This document shows, piece after piece, positions 1-9,282 of a stretch of 64,000 bases of DNA. A program made the position numbers and the translations under genes. The notes beneath the pieces are model-generated. The model made no database searches and had not been told where the DNA came from. It was given only the letters and a program-made list of their open reading frames with translations. Location: positions 960,001 through 1,024,000 of the forward strand of contig CAXXHO010000003.1 of the NCBI GenBank assembly GCA_963667725.2, in the 5' to 3' direction. The stretch comes from Treponemataceae bacterium. GTDB taxonomy: Bacteria > Spirochaetota > Spirochaetia > Treponematales > Rectinemataceae. How positions within the stretch are numbered: the stretch's first letter is position 1; each line of letters begins with the position of its first letter.

Positions 1-1
1 C

Positions 2-1804
2 GCCTTCTACGGCGCCCAACCTTCCTTCATTTTCTGCTCGGCGACGATCGCCAATCCCCGGGAACTCGCCGAAGCGCTGATCGAGGAGCCCGTCGAACTC
101 GTCGACGACAACGGCGCCGGGGCCGGCGAAAAGACGATCGTCTTCTACAATCCCCCCGTCATCGATCCGGTGCAGGGCATGAGGAAGAGCAGCGCTACCG
201 AGTCCGAGCGCATCGCCCTCGAACTCCTGCGCAAGGGGGTGAAGACCATCCTCTTCGCCCGCTCAAGGCTTGCGGTGGAGCTCATCGCGAGCAACATCAA
301 CCAGAGCCTGGAGAATCCCAACAACGAAAACGAGAGGATAAAGGTGAGTCCCTACCGTTCGGGGCTTCTTCCGTCGGAACGACGCGCCATCGAGAAAGGC
401 CTGCGCGAGGGATCGATCAACGGGGTCGTCTCCACGAACGCCCTGGAACTCGGCATTGACATAGGCGGCCTCGACGCCTCAGTCATGGCGGGCTACCCCG
501 GCAGCACGGCGTCCTTCTGGCAGCAGGCGGGAAGGGCGGGGCGAAGGGGTGGCTCCTCCCTGGCCGTGTTCGTGGCATCGGCCGCTCCCCTGGACCAGTA
601 TTTCGCCCTTCATCCCGAATATTTCCTCGCGCAGTCCCCGGAACAGGCCAGGGTCGACCTGGACAATCCCTTCATCTTCATCGACCACGTAAAGTGCGCG
701 GCCTTCGAGCTGCCTTTCGCTGAGGGCGGGGCCTTTGGCGGCGGCGCGGATAAAATGGAAGGCGGCGAGGGCGAAACGGAGGGCGGCGAGGACAAATTTG
801 AGCCCGGCGAGGGAAGCGAGCGTTCCGAGCTGACGGCGGAGGCCCTTTCCCTGCTGGAGGAGGAAGGCGCGGTGCGTCTCACCGGCGGACGCTGGTACTG
901 GTCCGACGAGGGCTACCCCAGCGAGAAGATTTCGCTTCGCTCGGCCACCGCCGACAATATCGTCATCGTCGACGTGACCGGCGGCGGAAGCCGCGTGATC
1001 GGCGAGATGGACAGGCCGAGCGCCAAGGAGCTCATTTTCGACAACGCCGTCTACATCCACCTGGGCACGCAGTTCATCGTCAAGAAGCTCGACATCGCCA
1101 ACAAGGTCTGCCACGTCGAGCGCAAGGACCTGGATTACTGGACCGACGCCGTCGTCAAGACCGACCTCGAGGTGCTCACCGAGGACGAGCGCTCCTCGCC
1201 CGGCCAGTCCATGCTCTTCGGCTACGCCGTGGGCGACGTCCTCGTGAGGAGCCAGGCGGAGAAGTTCAAGAAACTGCGATTCCACACGCGGGAGAACGTC
1301 GGGTTCGGCGAAATATTCCTGCCGCCCGAGGAAATGCAGACGCGCGCCCTCATGCTTCTCTTTCCGAAGGAAAGCGCGGCCGGCTCTTTCCTGGAGAGGC
1401 TCGATCCGGCGACGGCAGCGGCCGCGCTCGTCGGGGCCGCTCGCTTGCTCAAGTCACTGGCTCCGGCCTTCGTCCTCTGCGATCCCCGCGACATCGGCGT
1501 ATCCGAGCGCGTGAGAGACCCTCATTTCTTGATCCCGGCCATCTACCTCTACGACAAGTATCCTGGCGGCACCGGTCTCTCGGAGGCCCTCACGAGCAAG
1601 CTGGACGGACTCATGGGCGCTGCGTACGAGAGGCTCCACGGCTGCTCCTGCGGCGCGGGCTGCCCTTCCTGCATCGGCGCCGACCTCGTGGGCGCCGATG
1701 GCTCGCCCCAGGCCGGCGAAATTTCCGGCCAGGCACGCAGGGGCGGCGCCGGATTCAAGCCCCTTGTGGGCGAACTCCTGGCCCGCTGCAGCGGTCGTCC
1801 TTGA
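2..1804 (+). CDS. DEAH-box helicase with C-terminal DUF1998 (YprA/MrfA/SftH family), 5'-partial
   Basis: The frame is open from position 2 (AFYGAQPSFIFCSATIANP, motif III SAT). It has STNALELGIDIG (motif V), QQAGRAGR (motif VI), the DUF1998-type YDKYPGGTG and a CSCGAGCPSC Cys cluster. Confidence 0.9.
   Translation, partial: AFYGAQPSFIFCSATIANPRELAEALIEEPVELVDDNGAGAGEKTIVFYNPPVIDPVQGMRKSSATESERIALELLRKGVKTILFARSRLAVELIASNINQSLENPNNENERIKVSPYRSGLLPSERRAIEKGLREGSINGVVSTNALELGIDIGGLDASVMAGYPGSTASFWQQAGRAGRRGGSSLAVFVASAAPLDQYFALHPEYFLAQSPEQARVDLDNPFIFIDHVKCAAFELPFAEGGAFGGGADKMEGGEGETEGGEDKFEPGEGSERSELTAEALSLLEEEGAVRLTGGRWYWSDEGYPSEKISLRSATADNIVIVDVTGGGSRVIGEMDRPSAKELIFDNAVYIHLGTQFIVKKLDIANKVCHVERKDLDYWTDAVVKTDLEVLTEDERSSPGQSMLFGYAVGDVLVRSQAEKFKKLRFHTRENVGFGEIFLPPEEMQTRALMLLFPKESAAGSFLERLDPATAAAALVGAARLLKSLAPAFVLCDPRDIGVSERVRDPHFLIPAIYLYDKYPGGTGLSEALTSKLDGLMGAAYERLHGCSCGAGCPSCIGADLVGADGSPQAGEISGQARRGGAGFKPLVGELLARCSGRP
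740..823 (+). repeat. Four degenerate 21-nt tandem units encoding a Gly/Glu-rich insertion in the helicase
   Basis: ggcggcgcggataaaatggaa / ggcggcgagggcgaaacggag / ggcggcgaggacaaatttgag / cccggcgagggaagcgagcgt. Confidence 0.65.
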
Positions 1805-1814
1805 GGAGCCTTCC

Positions 1815-3137
1815 TTGTCAGCCATGAAGGGCAGACTTGCCCGTCTCAAGGAAATGGGGCTCATCAAGGCCTCGGAAATAGGGTCACGTCCAGAAAAGCC
1901 GGAGGGACAGGGAAAGCCGGTAAAGTCGAAAAGGCCCGTACGGGAAGAAAAAGCCGGCTTCCTTCCGGGATGGGAAAGGATCGCTCCCCATACCTATACG
2001 AGAACGATGGAGACCGGCTTCAGTTTAGACGAAAACCGCGGCGACTGCTTTGAGGAAAGCCATTTCGCGAACCAGCGGCTGAGACGGAAAAAGGGTCTGC
2101 AGCCCCTGCCTTTGACCGCCATCCCCCTGAGCCGGCTCTCCTTCTTCGACCTCGAGACCACAGGCCTTTCGGGCGGGGCGGGCACCATAGCCTTCCTCGC
2201 GGCCGTCGGTTTTTTCGAAGGCGGAGGCTTCCTCGTCACCCAGGTATTCATCGACGATTTCCCGGGCGAGCCCGCTTTTCTCGATTTCACGGTCAATCTT
2301 CTCGCTGAGCATCCTTATCTCGTCACCTACAATGGGGCCGCCTTCGATCTGCCCCTTTTAAGGACGCGCTGCATCATGAACGCCGTTACCGTCCCTGAAT
2401 TCAGCCATATCGACCTCCTGCATATGGCGAGGAAGTTCTGGAGGAAAACCTTCGGCTCCTGCTCCCTGCAAGCCATGGAGATAGCCGTTCTCGGGGAGGG
2501 ACGGGAGGACGATGTGCCCGGATTTCTCATCCCGCGGCTCTGGCTCGAATACTCGGGAACGGCCGCAGCGGACGCCGATGCTCTCGAGGCCTCTCTCGCG
2601 GCGATGGGAAAGGTGGCCGACCACAATCTCCTTGATGTCAGATCGCTCGCCAGGCTCTTCCTCAGGGTCGAGGGAATCATGAAGGAACCCTGCGTACGAT
2701 GGGAGAGCGAAAGAGTCTATGTCCCTCACCTCGCCATGGAACTCATGGCGGCCGACAGATCGGAGGAAGGCTACGTCCTCCTCGATGAAGGCGCCGCCGC
2801 AGGCGACCATGGGGCGCTCAAGCTGCTTTTCAGGTTCTACAGAAAGGCGGGGGATATCGAAGCCTGCGGACGCGTCATCGCCGCGATGGACGAGAACAGC
2901 GTCGAAGGCTGCATGGAAAAGGCGAAATTCCACGAACATGTGAGAAAGGATCCCGGAACCGCTCTTGTCTACGCCGAAAAAGCGATGGACCTTCTGGAAG
3001 CGGAAGCCGCCCAGGAAACGGATCTCCGGAATCCCGGCGCTCTAAACCGAGACAGCCCCGAACGCGAGGCGCTCGAGAAAAGGCGGGCGCGGCTCTTGAG
3101 AAAACTAGGGAAATCGGGAGATGGCTGCCGCGGGTGA
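1815..3137 (+). CDS. RNase H-like DEDD exonuclease with TPR-like C-terminus (YprB/MrfB family)
   Basis: Motifs FFDLETTGLSGGAGT, VTYNGAAFDLP, HIDLLH and HNLLDV. Directly follows the YprA-like helicase. The start is uncertain: TTG 1815 after GAGGAG, or ATG 1824. Confidence 0.85.
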   Translation: MSAMKGRLARLKEMGLIKASEIGSRPEKPEGQGKPVKSKRPVREEKAGFLPGWERIAPHTYTRTMETGFSLDENRGDCFEESHFANQRLRRKKGLQPLPLTAIPLSRLSFFDLETTGLSGGAGTIAFLAAVGFFEGGGFLVTQVFIDDFPGEPAFLDFTVNLLAEHPYLVTYNGAAFDLPLLRTRCIMNAVTVPEFSHIDLLHMARKFWRKTFGSCSLQAMEIAVLGEGREDDVPGFLIPRLWLEYSGTAAADADALEASLAAMGKVADHNLLDVRSLARLFLRVEGIMKEPCVRWESERVYVPHLAMELMAADRSEEGYVLLDEGAAAGDHGALKLLFRFYRKAGDIEACGRVIAAMDENSVEGCMEKAKFHEHVRKDPGTALVYAEKAMDLLEAEAAQETDLRNPGALNRDSPEREALEKRRARLLRKLGKSGDGCRG

Positions 3138-3178
3138 ACAATTTCCGCGACCGATGGTGCGAAGGTAATCGGATTATG

Positions 3179-4240
3179 TCAGGGCTTGGGATTGGCCTGG
3201 AGCGTGTCTCCGAGCTGGCCGCAGGCGCCCATGACGCCTCTGCCGCGGTGCATTCGCTGGACGGCGACGAGTCCAGCCTTCTCTAGCACGTCGGTAAAGG
3301 CCTGAACTTGCGCCTTGCTGGGCGTTTCGAAAGGAAGTCCCGGCACGGCGTTCCATGGAATGAGATTGACCTGGGCCTTGAGCGGTTTTACCCAACGCAC
3401 CAGGGCGCGGGCATCGTCGGGGCTCGCGTTCCTGTTTCCGGTGAGGACTGCTTCGAGGGTGACACGCTCGCCGGTCTTTTCCTGGTACTCGAGGAGGGCG
3501 GCCTTGAGAGCCGCCAGGTTCCAGGTGCGGTTTATGGGCATCATCTCCGACCGCATATCCTCGTCGGCCGTGGTCAGCGACACGGCGAGCCTGACTCGGG
3601 GACCGTTGGCCGCCAGGTCGAGAATCCCCGGGACGACCCCGCTCGTGGAGATGGTGATCTTTCGGAGCGACATGCCTATACCTTCCGGATCAGAGAGGAG
3701 GGCAATCGATTTTCGAAGCGCGGGAAGATTGAGGAGGGGTTCTCCCATGCCCATGAAGACGACATTCGATATGAAGCCCCGTCTTTCCTTGAGGTAGTAA
3801 TACTGCTCGAGGATTTCGTCCGGTCCGAGATTCCTCAGGAAACCGAGCTGGCCGGTACGGCAGAATTTGCAGCCCATGGGACAACCCACCTGGCTGGAGA
3901 GACAGGCGGTCTTCCTTCCCTCGATATCCTCCAGAAGGACGCACTCGACAGCAGCGCCGTCGCTGAGCCGTATCTGAAGCTTGAGGGATCCGTCCTCATC
4001 CTTGAATTCCGAACTCACCAAGGATGAGCGGAGGGTGCCGAACAGGGCCGCCAGACGTTCCTTGTCAGCGCCCGGGAGATTGGTCATGCCGGAAAAATCG
4101 CTTGTTCCGCGCACGATCCAATCGTAGACTTGTTTCGCCCTGTAAGGCTGCTCAAAGCTGAGTAGGTCGAGGATCTCGTCAGGGAGCAGGCCCGAAAGAT
4201 AAACCGACGGTTTTACATCATTCGAAGGTCGGGTCGCCAT
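3179..4240 (-). CDS. rlmN: Dual-specificity RNA methyltransferase RlmN (radical SAM)
   Basis: SSQVGCPMGCKFC (CxxxCxxC), VFMGMGEP and the C-terminal GACGQL. Confidence 0.95.
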   Translation of the reverse strand: MATRPSNDVKPSVYLSGLLPDEILDLLSFEQPYRAKQVYDWIVRGTSDFSGMTNLPGADKERLAALFGTLRSSLVSSEFKDEDGSLKLQIRLSDGAAVECVLLEDIEGRKTACLSSQVGCPMGCKFCRTGQLGFLRNLGPDEILEQYYYLKERRGFISNVVFMGMGEPLLNLPALRKSIALLSDPEGIGMSLRKITISTSGVVPGILDLAANGPRVRLAVSLTTADEDMRSEMMPINRTWNLAALKAALLEYQEKTGERVTLEAVLTGNRNASPDDARALVRWVKPLKAQVNLIPWNAVPGLPFETPSKAQVQAFTDVLEKAGLVAVQRMHRGRGVMGACGQLGDTLQANPKP

Positions 4241-4255
4241 TCTATGGTCTTGCCT

Positions 4256-5404
4256 TCACGAGGCCTTCGCCGAAAGCTTCAGGAGCGCTTCGGAGATGAA
4301 GGGGTTCTTGATTCCCATCTTCGTAAACTCGGTGAGGATGTCTATGGCCTGCTGGCGCTGACCGGCGGCCACGTAGCACTGGGCGAGTTCGAGATAGATT
4401 CGGTAATTCTTGGGATCGTTCTGGATGAGCATCTTCAGGCTCGTGATGGCGTCGTCCCATTTTCCCTGGGTGCGCGCGATGACGGCCAGGCCGAGGATGG
4501 CGTATACGTCGAACTCTATGTTGAGGGCATCCTCGTAGTATTTCACCGCTTTATCCAGTTCGCCGATATTCCTGTAGGCATCGCCCGCCCTGGTGAGGAT
4601 TACCTTGTTCTTGGGATCCTTTTCCAGAATCTTGTTCCAGTAGACGAGGGAATTGGCCTGCTTGCCGACGCCTCTGTAGCAGTCGGCTATGCCGAAGAGG
4701 GCGTAGAAGTTGTCCGGCTCTCTTTCCAGGGTTTTCTCGAAATAGGGAACGCCGCGGTCGAACTGCTTCAGTTTCCGGTAGCAATTCCCGATGGAGGTGA
4801 GAACTCTGATGTCGACCCGGTCGCCCTGAAGATCGACCATTCTCTGCCAGTAGCCGAGGGCTTCCTTGTATTCCTTGAAGTCATAATGCAGATGGCCGAG
4901 ACCGATGAGGGCGTAGTGATTGTCGGCTTCCATCTCGAGAACGCGCTGATAGATAGCTTTGGACTTCCTGAAATCGTGGACTTTCCGATACGCGTCGGCC
5001 ACTCTCGTCAGGACGGTGATGTTCGTATTGTCGTGGAGCAGGTACTGCTCCTATATCTCGATGGCTTTGTGATACTGATTGAGGGCCTTGTAGCAGTCCG
5101 CCAAACCGAACAGGGCATAGCTGTTTCCTGGATGGAATACGAGGCAGCGCCGGTAATGGTCGGCGGCGTCCCTGTAGGCGCCGCGTTTGCGGGCGGCGTC
5201 GCCGAGGCCGACCAACGCGTAGTTGTTTTCCTTGTCCTTTTCCAGAATCTGGGCAAAGCACTCAACGGCTTCGTCGAATCGGTTTTCCTTGAGAAGCTGG
5301 TAACCTTTCTTGGAGGATTCGGAGATCTCGTTGAGTTCGCTCTCGAGGGCTTCCGGAATTTCAAAGAAATCGTCTTGGGGGAGAGGAACAGGCATGTCGC
5401 TCAT
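4256..5404 (-). pseudogene. Tetratricopeptide-repeat protein (~382 codons) interrupted by one in-frame TAG at 5051-5053
   Basis: ORFs 5051..5443 and 4256..5002 share a frame and join as ...KAIEI*EQYLLHDNTNITVLTRVADAYRK.... Repeated TPR units (NYALVGLGDA, SYALFGLADCY, FYALFGIADCY). Likely start ATG 5404 after AAGGA. Confidence 0.75.
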
Positions 5405-5490
5405 GTTTTTTCCTTGTGGCAGAAAGCGTATTTTATGATTCAAACATTTTAAAAAATACGGATCTAAGGCTGCTTTCTGTCTAACTGCAA

Positions 5491-5519
5491 AGTATAAAGC
5501 GAAAAAACGGAAAAAGCAA
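5491..5519 (-). promoter_or_regulatory. Sigma70-type promoter for the TPR gene and rlmN
   Basis: Minus strand TTGCTT-17 nt-TATACT in an AT-rich intergenic stretch. Confidence 0.6.
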
Positions 5520-5534
5520 TCGGAGTTGTATCGC

Positions 5535-6083
5535 TCAGGTCGCTTTACGACTTCGGTAAAATCGCACGATCGAGCGACCGTAGCTTCGTTCGTCCTCGAC
5601 CGCGAGGGATCCGATTTTCAGGGGCAGTTTATCTTCCTTGGGGAAATGGATGATCGCCAGACCGCCTTCCTTTAGGGACAATCCTTTCACCAGGGTCTTG
5701 AGCAGATCCAGCTTGAAGGCGTAGGGGAAGGGAGGGTCGAGGAAGGCGATATCGAAGGCGACCTTGTTCCGGGCCAGGAAAAGCTCCACCGGCTGGGCTT
5801 TGCACTCGATGCGCTGATCAGCGGCTATCGAGACGTTTTTGAGGAGAATGGGGAACTTGGCCCTATCGCGTTCGACGCACATAATTGGGTTGGCGCCGCG
5901 CGACGCCGCCTCGAGGGCGATGATGCCCGATCCGGAGAAAAGATCGAGAAAAGAGAGGCCCGTCATATCCCCCAGGACGCCGAAGACGGATTCCCTCATC
6001 CTGTCCATGGCGGGACGGATGGCTAGATGTGCGTCGGGAAGCTCGATTGTCCTGCCGCAGTAGATTCCTCCGGTGATGCGCAT
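5535..6083 (-). CDS. rsmD: 16S rRNA m2G966 methyltransferase RsmD
   Basis: MRITGG...RPAMDRMRESVF, LDLFSGSG, FLDPPF and RSYG. Confidence 0.9.
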   Translation of the reverse strand: MRITGGIYCGRTIELPDAHLAIRPAMDRMRESVFGVLGDMTGLSFLDLFSGSGIIALEAASRGANPIMCVERDRAKFPILLKNVSIAADQRIECKAQPVELFLARNKVAFDIAFLDPPFPYAFKLDLLKTLVKGLSLKEGGLAIIHFPKEDKLPLKIGSLAVEDERSYGRSIVRFYRSRKAT

Positions 6084-6087
6084 AGGC

Positions 6088-6555
6088 TTACCAGTCCCTC
6101 GTGCGGAATTCGCGTCTGATGTCGCGGTCCACGTCGCGTTCCTTGATGTCGGCGCGCTTGTCGTAGGCTTTCTTGCCTTTGCAGAGTCCTACCTCGATCT
6201 TAACGAGGCCGTGCTTGAGATAAACCGCCAGGGGAATCAGCGTAAAGCCTTTTTCGCGGACTTTCCGGTCGATACGTTTTATCTCCTGCGCGTGGAGCAG
6301 GAGTTTCTTGGGCCTGTCGGGATCGTGGCTGAATACCGAAGAGAATACATATTCCGAGATATGGAAGTTCCTCAGCCATACTTCGGCGTTCCTCACGTCG
6401 GCGTAAGCGTCGGGGAAGGATATTCTTCCGTCCTTGATGGATTTGACTTCCGTGCCTTTGAGTTCCACGCCGCATTCGAAACTTTCTTCGACGCTGTAGT
6501 CGAATCGGGCGCGCCTATTGAGGGCCACGACCTTGACGCCTTCCGGTATGCTCAT
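6088..6555 (-). CDS. smpB: SsrA-binding protein SmpB
   Basis: NRRARFDY, GVELKGTEVKSI, KKLLLH and GKKAYDKR. ATG at 6555 overlaps the upstream stop (ATGA). Confidence 0.97.
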   Translation of the reverse strand: MSIPEGVKVVALNRRARFDYSVEESFECGVELKGTEVKSIKDGRISFPDAYADVRNAEVWLRNFHISEYVFSSVFSHDPDRPKKLLLHAQEIKRIDRKVREKGFTLIPLAVYLKHGLVKIEVGLCKGKKAYDKRADIKERDVDRDIRREFRTRDW

Positions 6556-8162
6556 CGTTCCACTATCGCGGGCCTGAAGCCGAGAAAGGCTGATCCGTGG
6601 GCTGAGGGCATGCCGCCGCGCGAGAATAGGGTGATGGAATCGGAATCGTTGGCCCAGGAGCCGCCGCGAACAGCCTTTTCGTCCCCCGAAAATTGGCCGG
6701 CCGCGAAGGCGGGGTAGGGGCGGTAAGCGTCGGCTGTCCATTCCCAGACATTGCCGAACATGTCGGCGAGGCCTGTCGCGGAATAGCCGGCGGCGCCCGA
6801 TCGCGCGGGACCTTCTTTCGCCGCGTCGGACCAGGTGGCTTTCTTTTCAGTCAGCGAGGCTGGGGCTGATAGTCCCGCGCGAGCCGCGGCCTCCCACATC
6901 GCCTCGCTGGGCAGCTCCGCTTTCCACGCGCTTCCCGTTCTGGAGGAGAGCCATGCGCAATATGCTGACGCCGCTGCCCAGGAAACGTAGGTCACGGGCT
7001 TGTCGCCGTCGATTCCGGTTTCCTTCCATTCACTGAGATAGGTGTCGTCGGCCAGCCCCGCTTTTATGAGGGCAGCCTTGTTCCTTGGATGCCAGTCGGC
7101 ATTGGCCGCGAGGAAGGCGGTCCATTGCCTGTTGGTGACTTCGGTCCGGGCGATGCCGAAGGTGGAAACGCTCGCCATATAGCCGGCCTGGGAGCCGGAA
7201 GGGGCTTCGCCCCCCATGGGCAGCTCCCCTCGCGAGAAGAGTACAAAATCATGGGCGGCCAGCGAAACGGAACCCTTGGGGCCTGGAGCTTCCATGCCGG
7301 AAGTCGGCTCGGAGGCGGCCGCGCCTTTGGCGATGGAGCTTAAAGGCAGGGCAGCAGAACTATCCTTGGACAGGATGTCCTGGAGCCAGACAGCTCCAGC
7401 CTTTTCGGAACAGAGGGCGGCGGCTGCTATGCGAGCCGCCGAGACCAGGGAGAGCGGGCCGGGCATGCCCGCGGCGGTTACGAGGACGCTTGCCTTCAAT
7501 CCGTCCCTCGCGGATTCGGATGAGGCGGTGGCCGACAGGATGTCCCTGGCGAAGTCCAGCGAACTCGAATGCTCTGCGGTATCGCTATCCTTGCCGCTCG
7601 GCGCCGGCGCCGAGCGGTCCAGGGGGGCCGATAAGGCGCCCGTTCCGGCCAAGGCTGAAACCGCGTCGGAGAGTACGGTCGGAAACTGGTAGAGGGCGCT
7701 CGGTTTTCCCGCCAGGGACCATTCGGCATATTCTTTATAGGCGGAATGAATGAGGGCCGCGGGATTTTCGGCCGAGAGGCCGAATTCGATTTTTTCGCGG
7801 CGAGGGAAAATAAGGCTGCCCAGTAGCCTTCCTTTTATATGGATATTCCTCGTCTCGGGCGTAAACCCCTCGCTTTCGACGCGGATCGAATAGTCGCCTG
7901 AGGGAAGAAAGATATTCTGTCCGATGCTTCCTTTGTACGCGTCGTCGACAAAGACTGCCGATTTGGCGGGGGCGCCTTCGAAAACAAGATAGCTTCCGTT
8001 TTTCCGTATCCCTGGCAAAACAAGGGCCAGGAAGAGCAGGAGCATCGCGAGAATCGCGTAGACCGCGGGCAGGTAGACGCGCGGCTCGACGCCGGCTATG
8101 GAGTGCAGTCTGACGGTTGCCTGATCGATGTCGGACTGTGTGATTTTCTTCTCTTCCTTCAT
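6552..8162 (-). CDS. Membrane-anchored PEGA plus FGE-sulfatase (SUMF1-like) domain protein
   Basis: N-terminal TM helix and a PEGA-like segment (AVFVDDAYKG...LPSGDYSIRVESEGF). C-terminal TEVTNRQW, PVTYVSW, LPSEAMWEAAAR, GLADMFGNVWEW, RGGSW and GFR. Confidence 0.8.
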   Translation of the reverse strand: MKEEKKITQSDIDQATVRLHSIAGVEPRVYLPAVYAILAMLLLFLALVLPGIRKNGSYLVFEGAPAKSAVFVDDAYKGSIGQNIFLPSGDYSIRVESEGFTPETRNIHIKGRLLGSLIFPRREKIEFGLSAENPAALIHSAYKEYAEWSLAGKPSALYQFPTVLSDAVSALAGTGALSAPLDRSAPAPSGKDSDTAEHSSSLDFARDILSATASSESARDGLKASVLVTAAGMPGPLSLVSAARIAAAALCSEKAGAVWLQDILSKDSSAALPLSSIAKGAAASEPTSGMEAPGPKGSVSLAAHDFVLFSRGELPMGGEAPSGSQAGYMASVSTFGIARTEVTNRQWTAFLAANADWHPRNKAALIKAGLADDTYLSEWKETGIDGDKPVTYVSWAAASAYCAWLSSRTGSAWKAELPSEAMWEAAARAGLSAPASLTEKKATWSDAAKEGPARSGAAGYSATGLADMFGNVWEWTADAYRPYPAFAAGQFSGDEKAVRGGSWANDSDSITLFSRGGMPSAHGSAFLGFRPAIVER

Positions 8163-8228
8163 TGGGGGAAGCGTATAGGATGCGTCCGGACCTTGTCAAC
8201 GCGGTACGAACATGGTAGTGTGATTTCA
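8163..8228. promoter_or_regulatory. Back-to-back sigma70 promoters with overlapping -35 boxes
   Basis: Plus strand: TTGTCA (8193-8198)-17 nt-TAGTGT (8216-8221) with an extended TG. Minus strand: TTGACA (8199-8194)-18 nt-TACGCT. Confidence 0.55.
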
Positions 8229-9218
8229 ATGACCAAGCAGGCTGGCAAGAGCGCCGATTTCATCGACAGGCTCCAGAATTTCACGGAAACGCTACTCACT
8301 CGTCGTCTCAGGAAAAGACTTAAGGACAAGATGAAACAGCAGCGGCGGAACGCCGTGGTGGATTGGCTCATGGCCATTTTATGGGCGGCCTGCGTCGTTC
8401 TCGTCATCAATCAATATATCTTCCAGAACTACCAGATACCTTCCGAGTCCATGGTCAAGACGCTGAAGATCGGCGATATGATTTTCGTCGACAAGCTTTC
8501 CTATGGCCCAGAACTCCTGCCTGGCGTCGCCAAGCTTCCAGGGCTCGCCCAACCTCACCGAGGCCAGATCATTGTTTTCGAGAATCCGACCTATCTTTCC
8601 AAAGGACCAGTCTTCACCATTGTCCAGCAGATGATCTATATGCTCACGCTTACGATGGTCGATATCGACAGGGACCAGAACGGCGAACAGAGGGTCCATT
8701 ATCTTATAAAGCGCGCCGTCGGGTTTTCCGGCGACAGGATCAGGGTCGACGAGGGCGAGGTATCCATCAAGCCCGAAGGTTCTTCTTCCTGGTTTTCCGA
8801 GCCCGCGCTGATGAAGCATCTGGGGCTTCCCTTCGCCGCCGAGCGGATGGTGGCTAAAAGCGAATACAAGGCCATCGAGGCCGTCGGCGCGATGTCGGCA
8901 TATCAGGAAAGCAGGCTTAGCGTTCCCGCCTCATCGGGATCGGCGAATATCTCCTCGGCATACAAGGACGCTTTCGGTTACGACATGAAAAGGGTTTCAG
9001 TGCTCAAGGACATGAATCCCTCGGATTCCCGGATCGCCGCCACATCCAGACGTTACGAGATGGGTTGGTATATACCGGAGGGAAGAATCTTCCCGATGGG
9101 CGACAACAGGGACAATTCGCGGGACGCCCGCTACTTCGGCCCGGTGAACCTGAACCGAGTGCTCGGAAGGGCATTGTTCATCTACTGGCCATTGGGCCGG
9201 GCAGGCCGAATCCGCTGA
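8229..9218 (+). CDS. lepB: Signal peptidase I
   Basis: TM helix, IPSESMVKTL (catalytic Ser), YLIKRAVG (catalytic Lys) and MGDNRDNSRDARYFG. Confidence 0.93.
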   Translation: MTKQAGKSADFIDRLQNFTETLLTRRLRKRLKDKMKQQRRNAVVDWLMAILWAACVVLVINQYIFQNYQIPSESMVKTLKIGDMIFVDKLSYGPELLPGVAKLPGLAQPHRGQIIVFENPTYLSKGPVFTIVQQMIYMLTLTMVDIDRDQNGEQRVHYLIKRAVGFSGDRIRVDEGEVSIKPEGSSSWFSEPALMKHLGLPFAAERMVAKSEYKAIEAVGAMSAYQESRLSVPASSGSANISSAYKDAFGYDMKRVSVLKDMNPSDSRIAATSRRYEMGWYIPEGRIFPMGDNRDNSRDARYFGPVNLNRVLGRALFIYWPLGRAGRIR

Positions 9219-9282
9219 AGATTCATACTTCCGATGTCTTGGTAAAGGCGTCGGGTGCCGGTAGATTCCAGGGGGACAGGTC

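Noticed and set aside
5051..5053. Genome-wide TAG reassignment (alternative genetic code or pyrrolysine)
   Set aside because: TAG ends murI, rsgA, mutS2, tmk, tamB, dut and dtd at plausible C-termini. Only one internal TAG was seen, and no pyl genes are in the window.
4244..5452. 402-aa plus-strand ORF antisense to the TPR gene
   Set aside because: It has no recognisable motifs and mirrors the codon frame of the real gene. It is a shadow ORF typical of high-GC DNA, as are 31523..32944, 49269..50528 and similar long antisense ORFs.
6552..7200. FGE/C-type-lectin-fold domain as a possible diversity-generating retroelement target, as in Treponema TvpA
   Set aside because: There is no reverse transcriptase, Avd gene or template-repeat copy of the 3' end in the window. 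The gene sits in a housekeeping position beside smpB.
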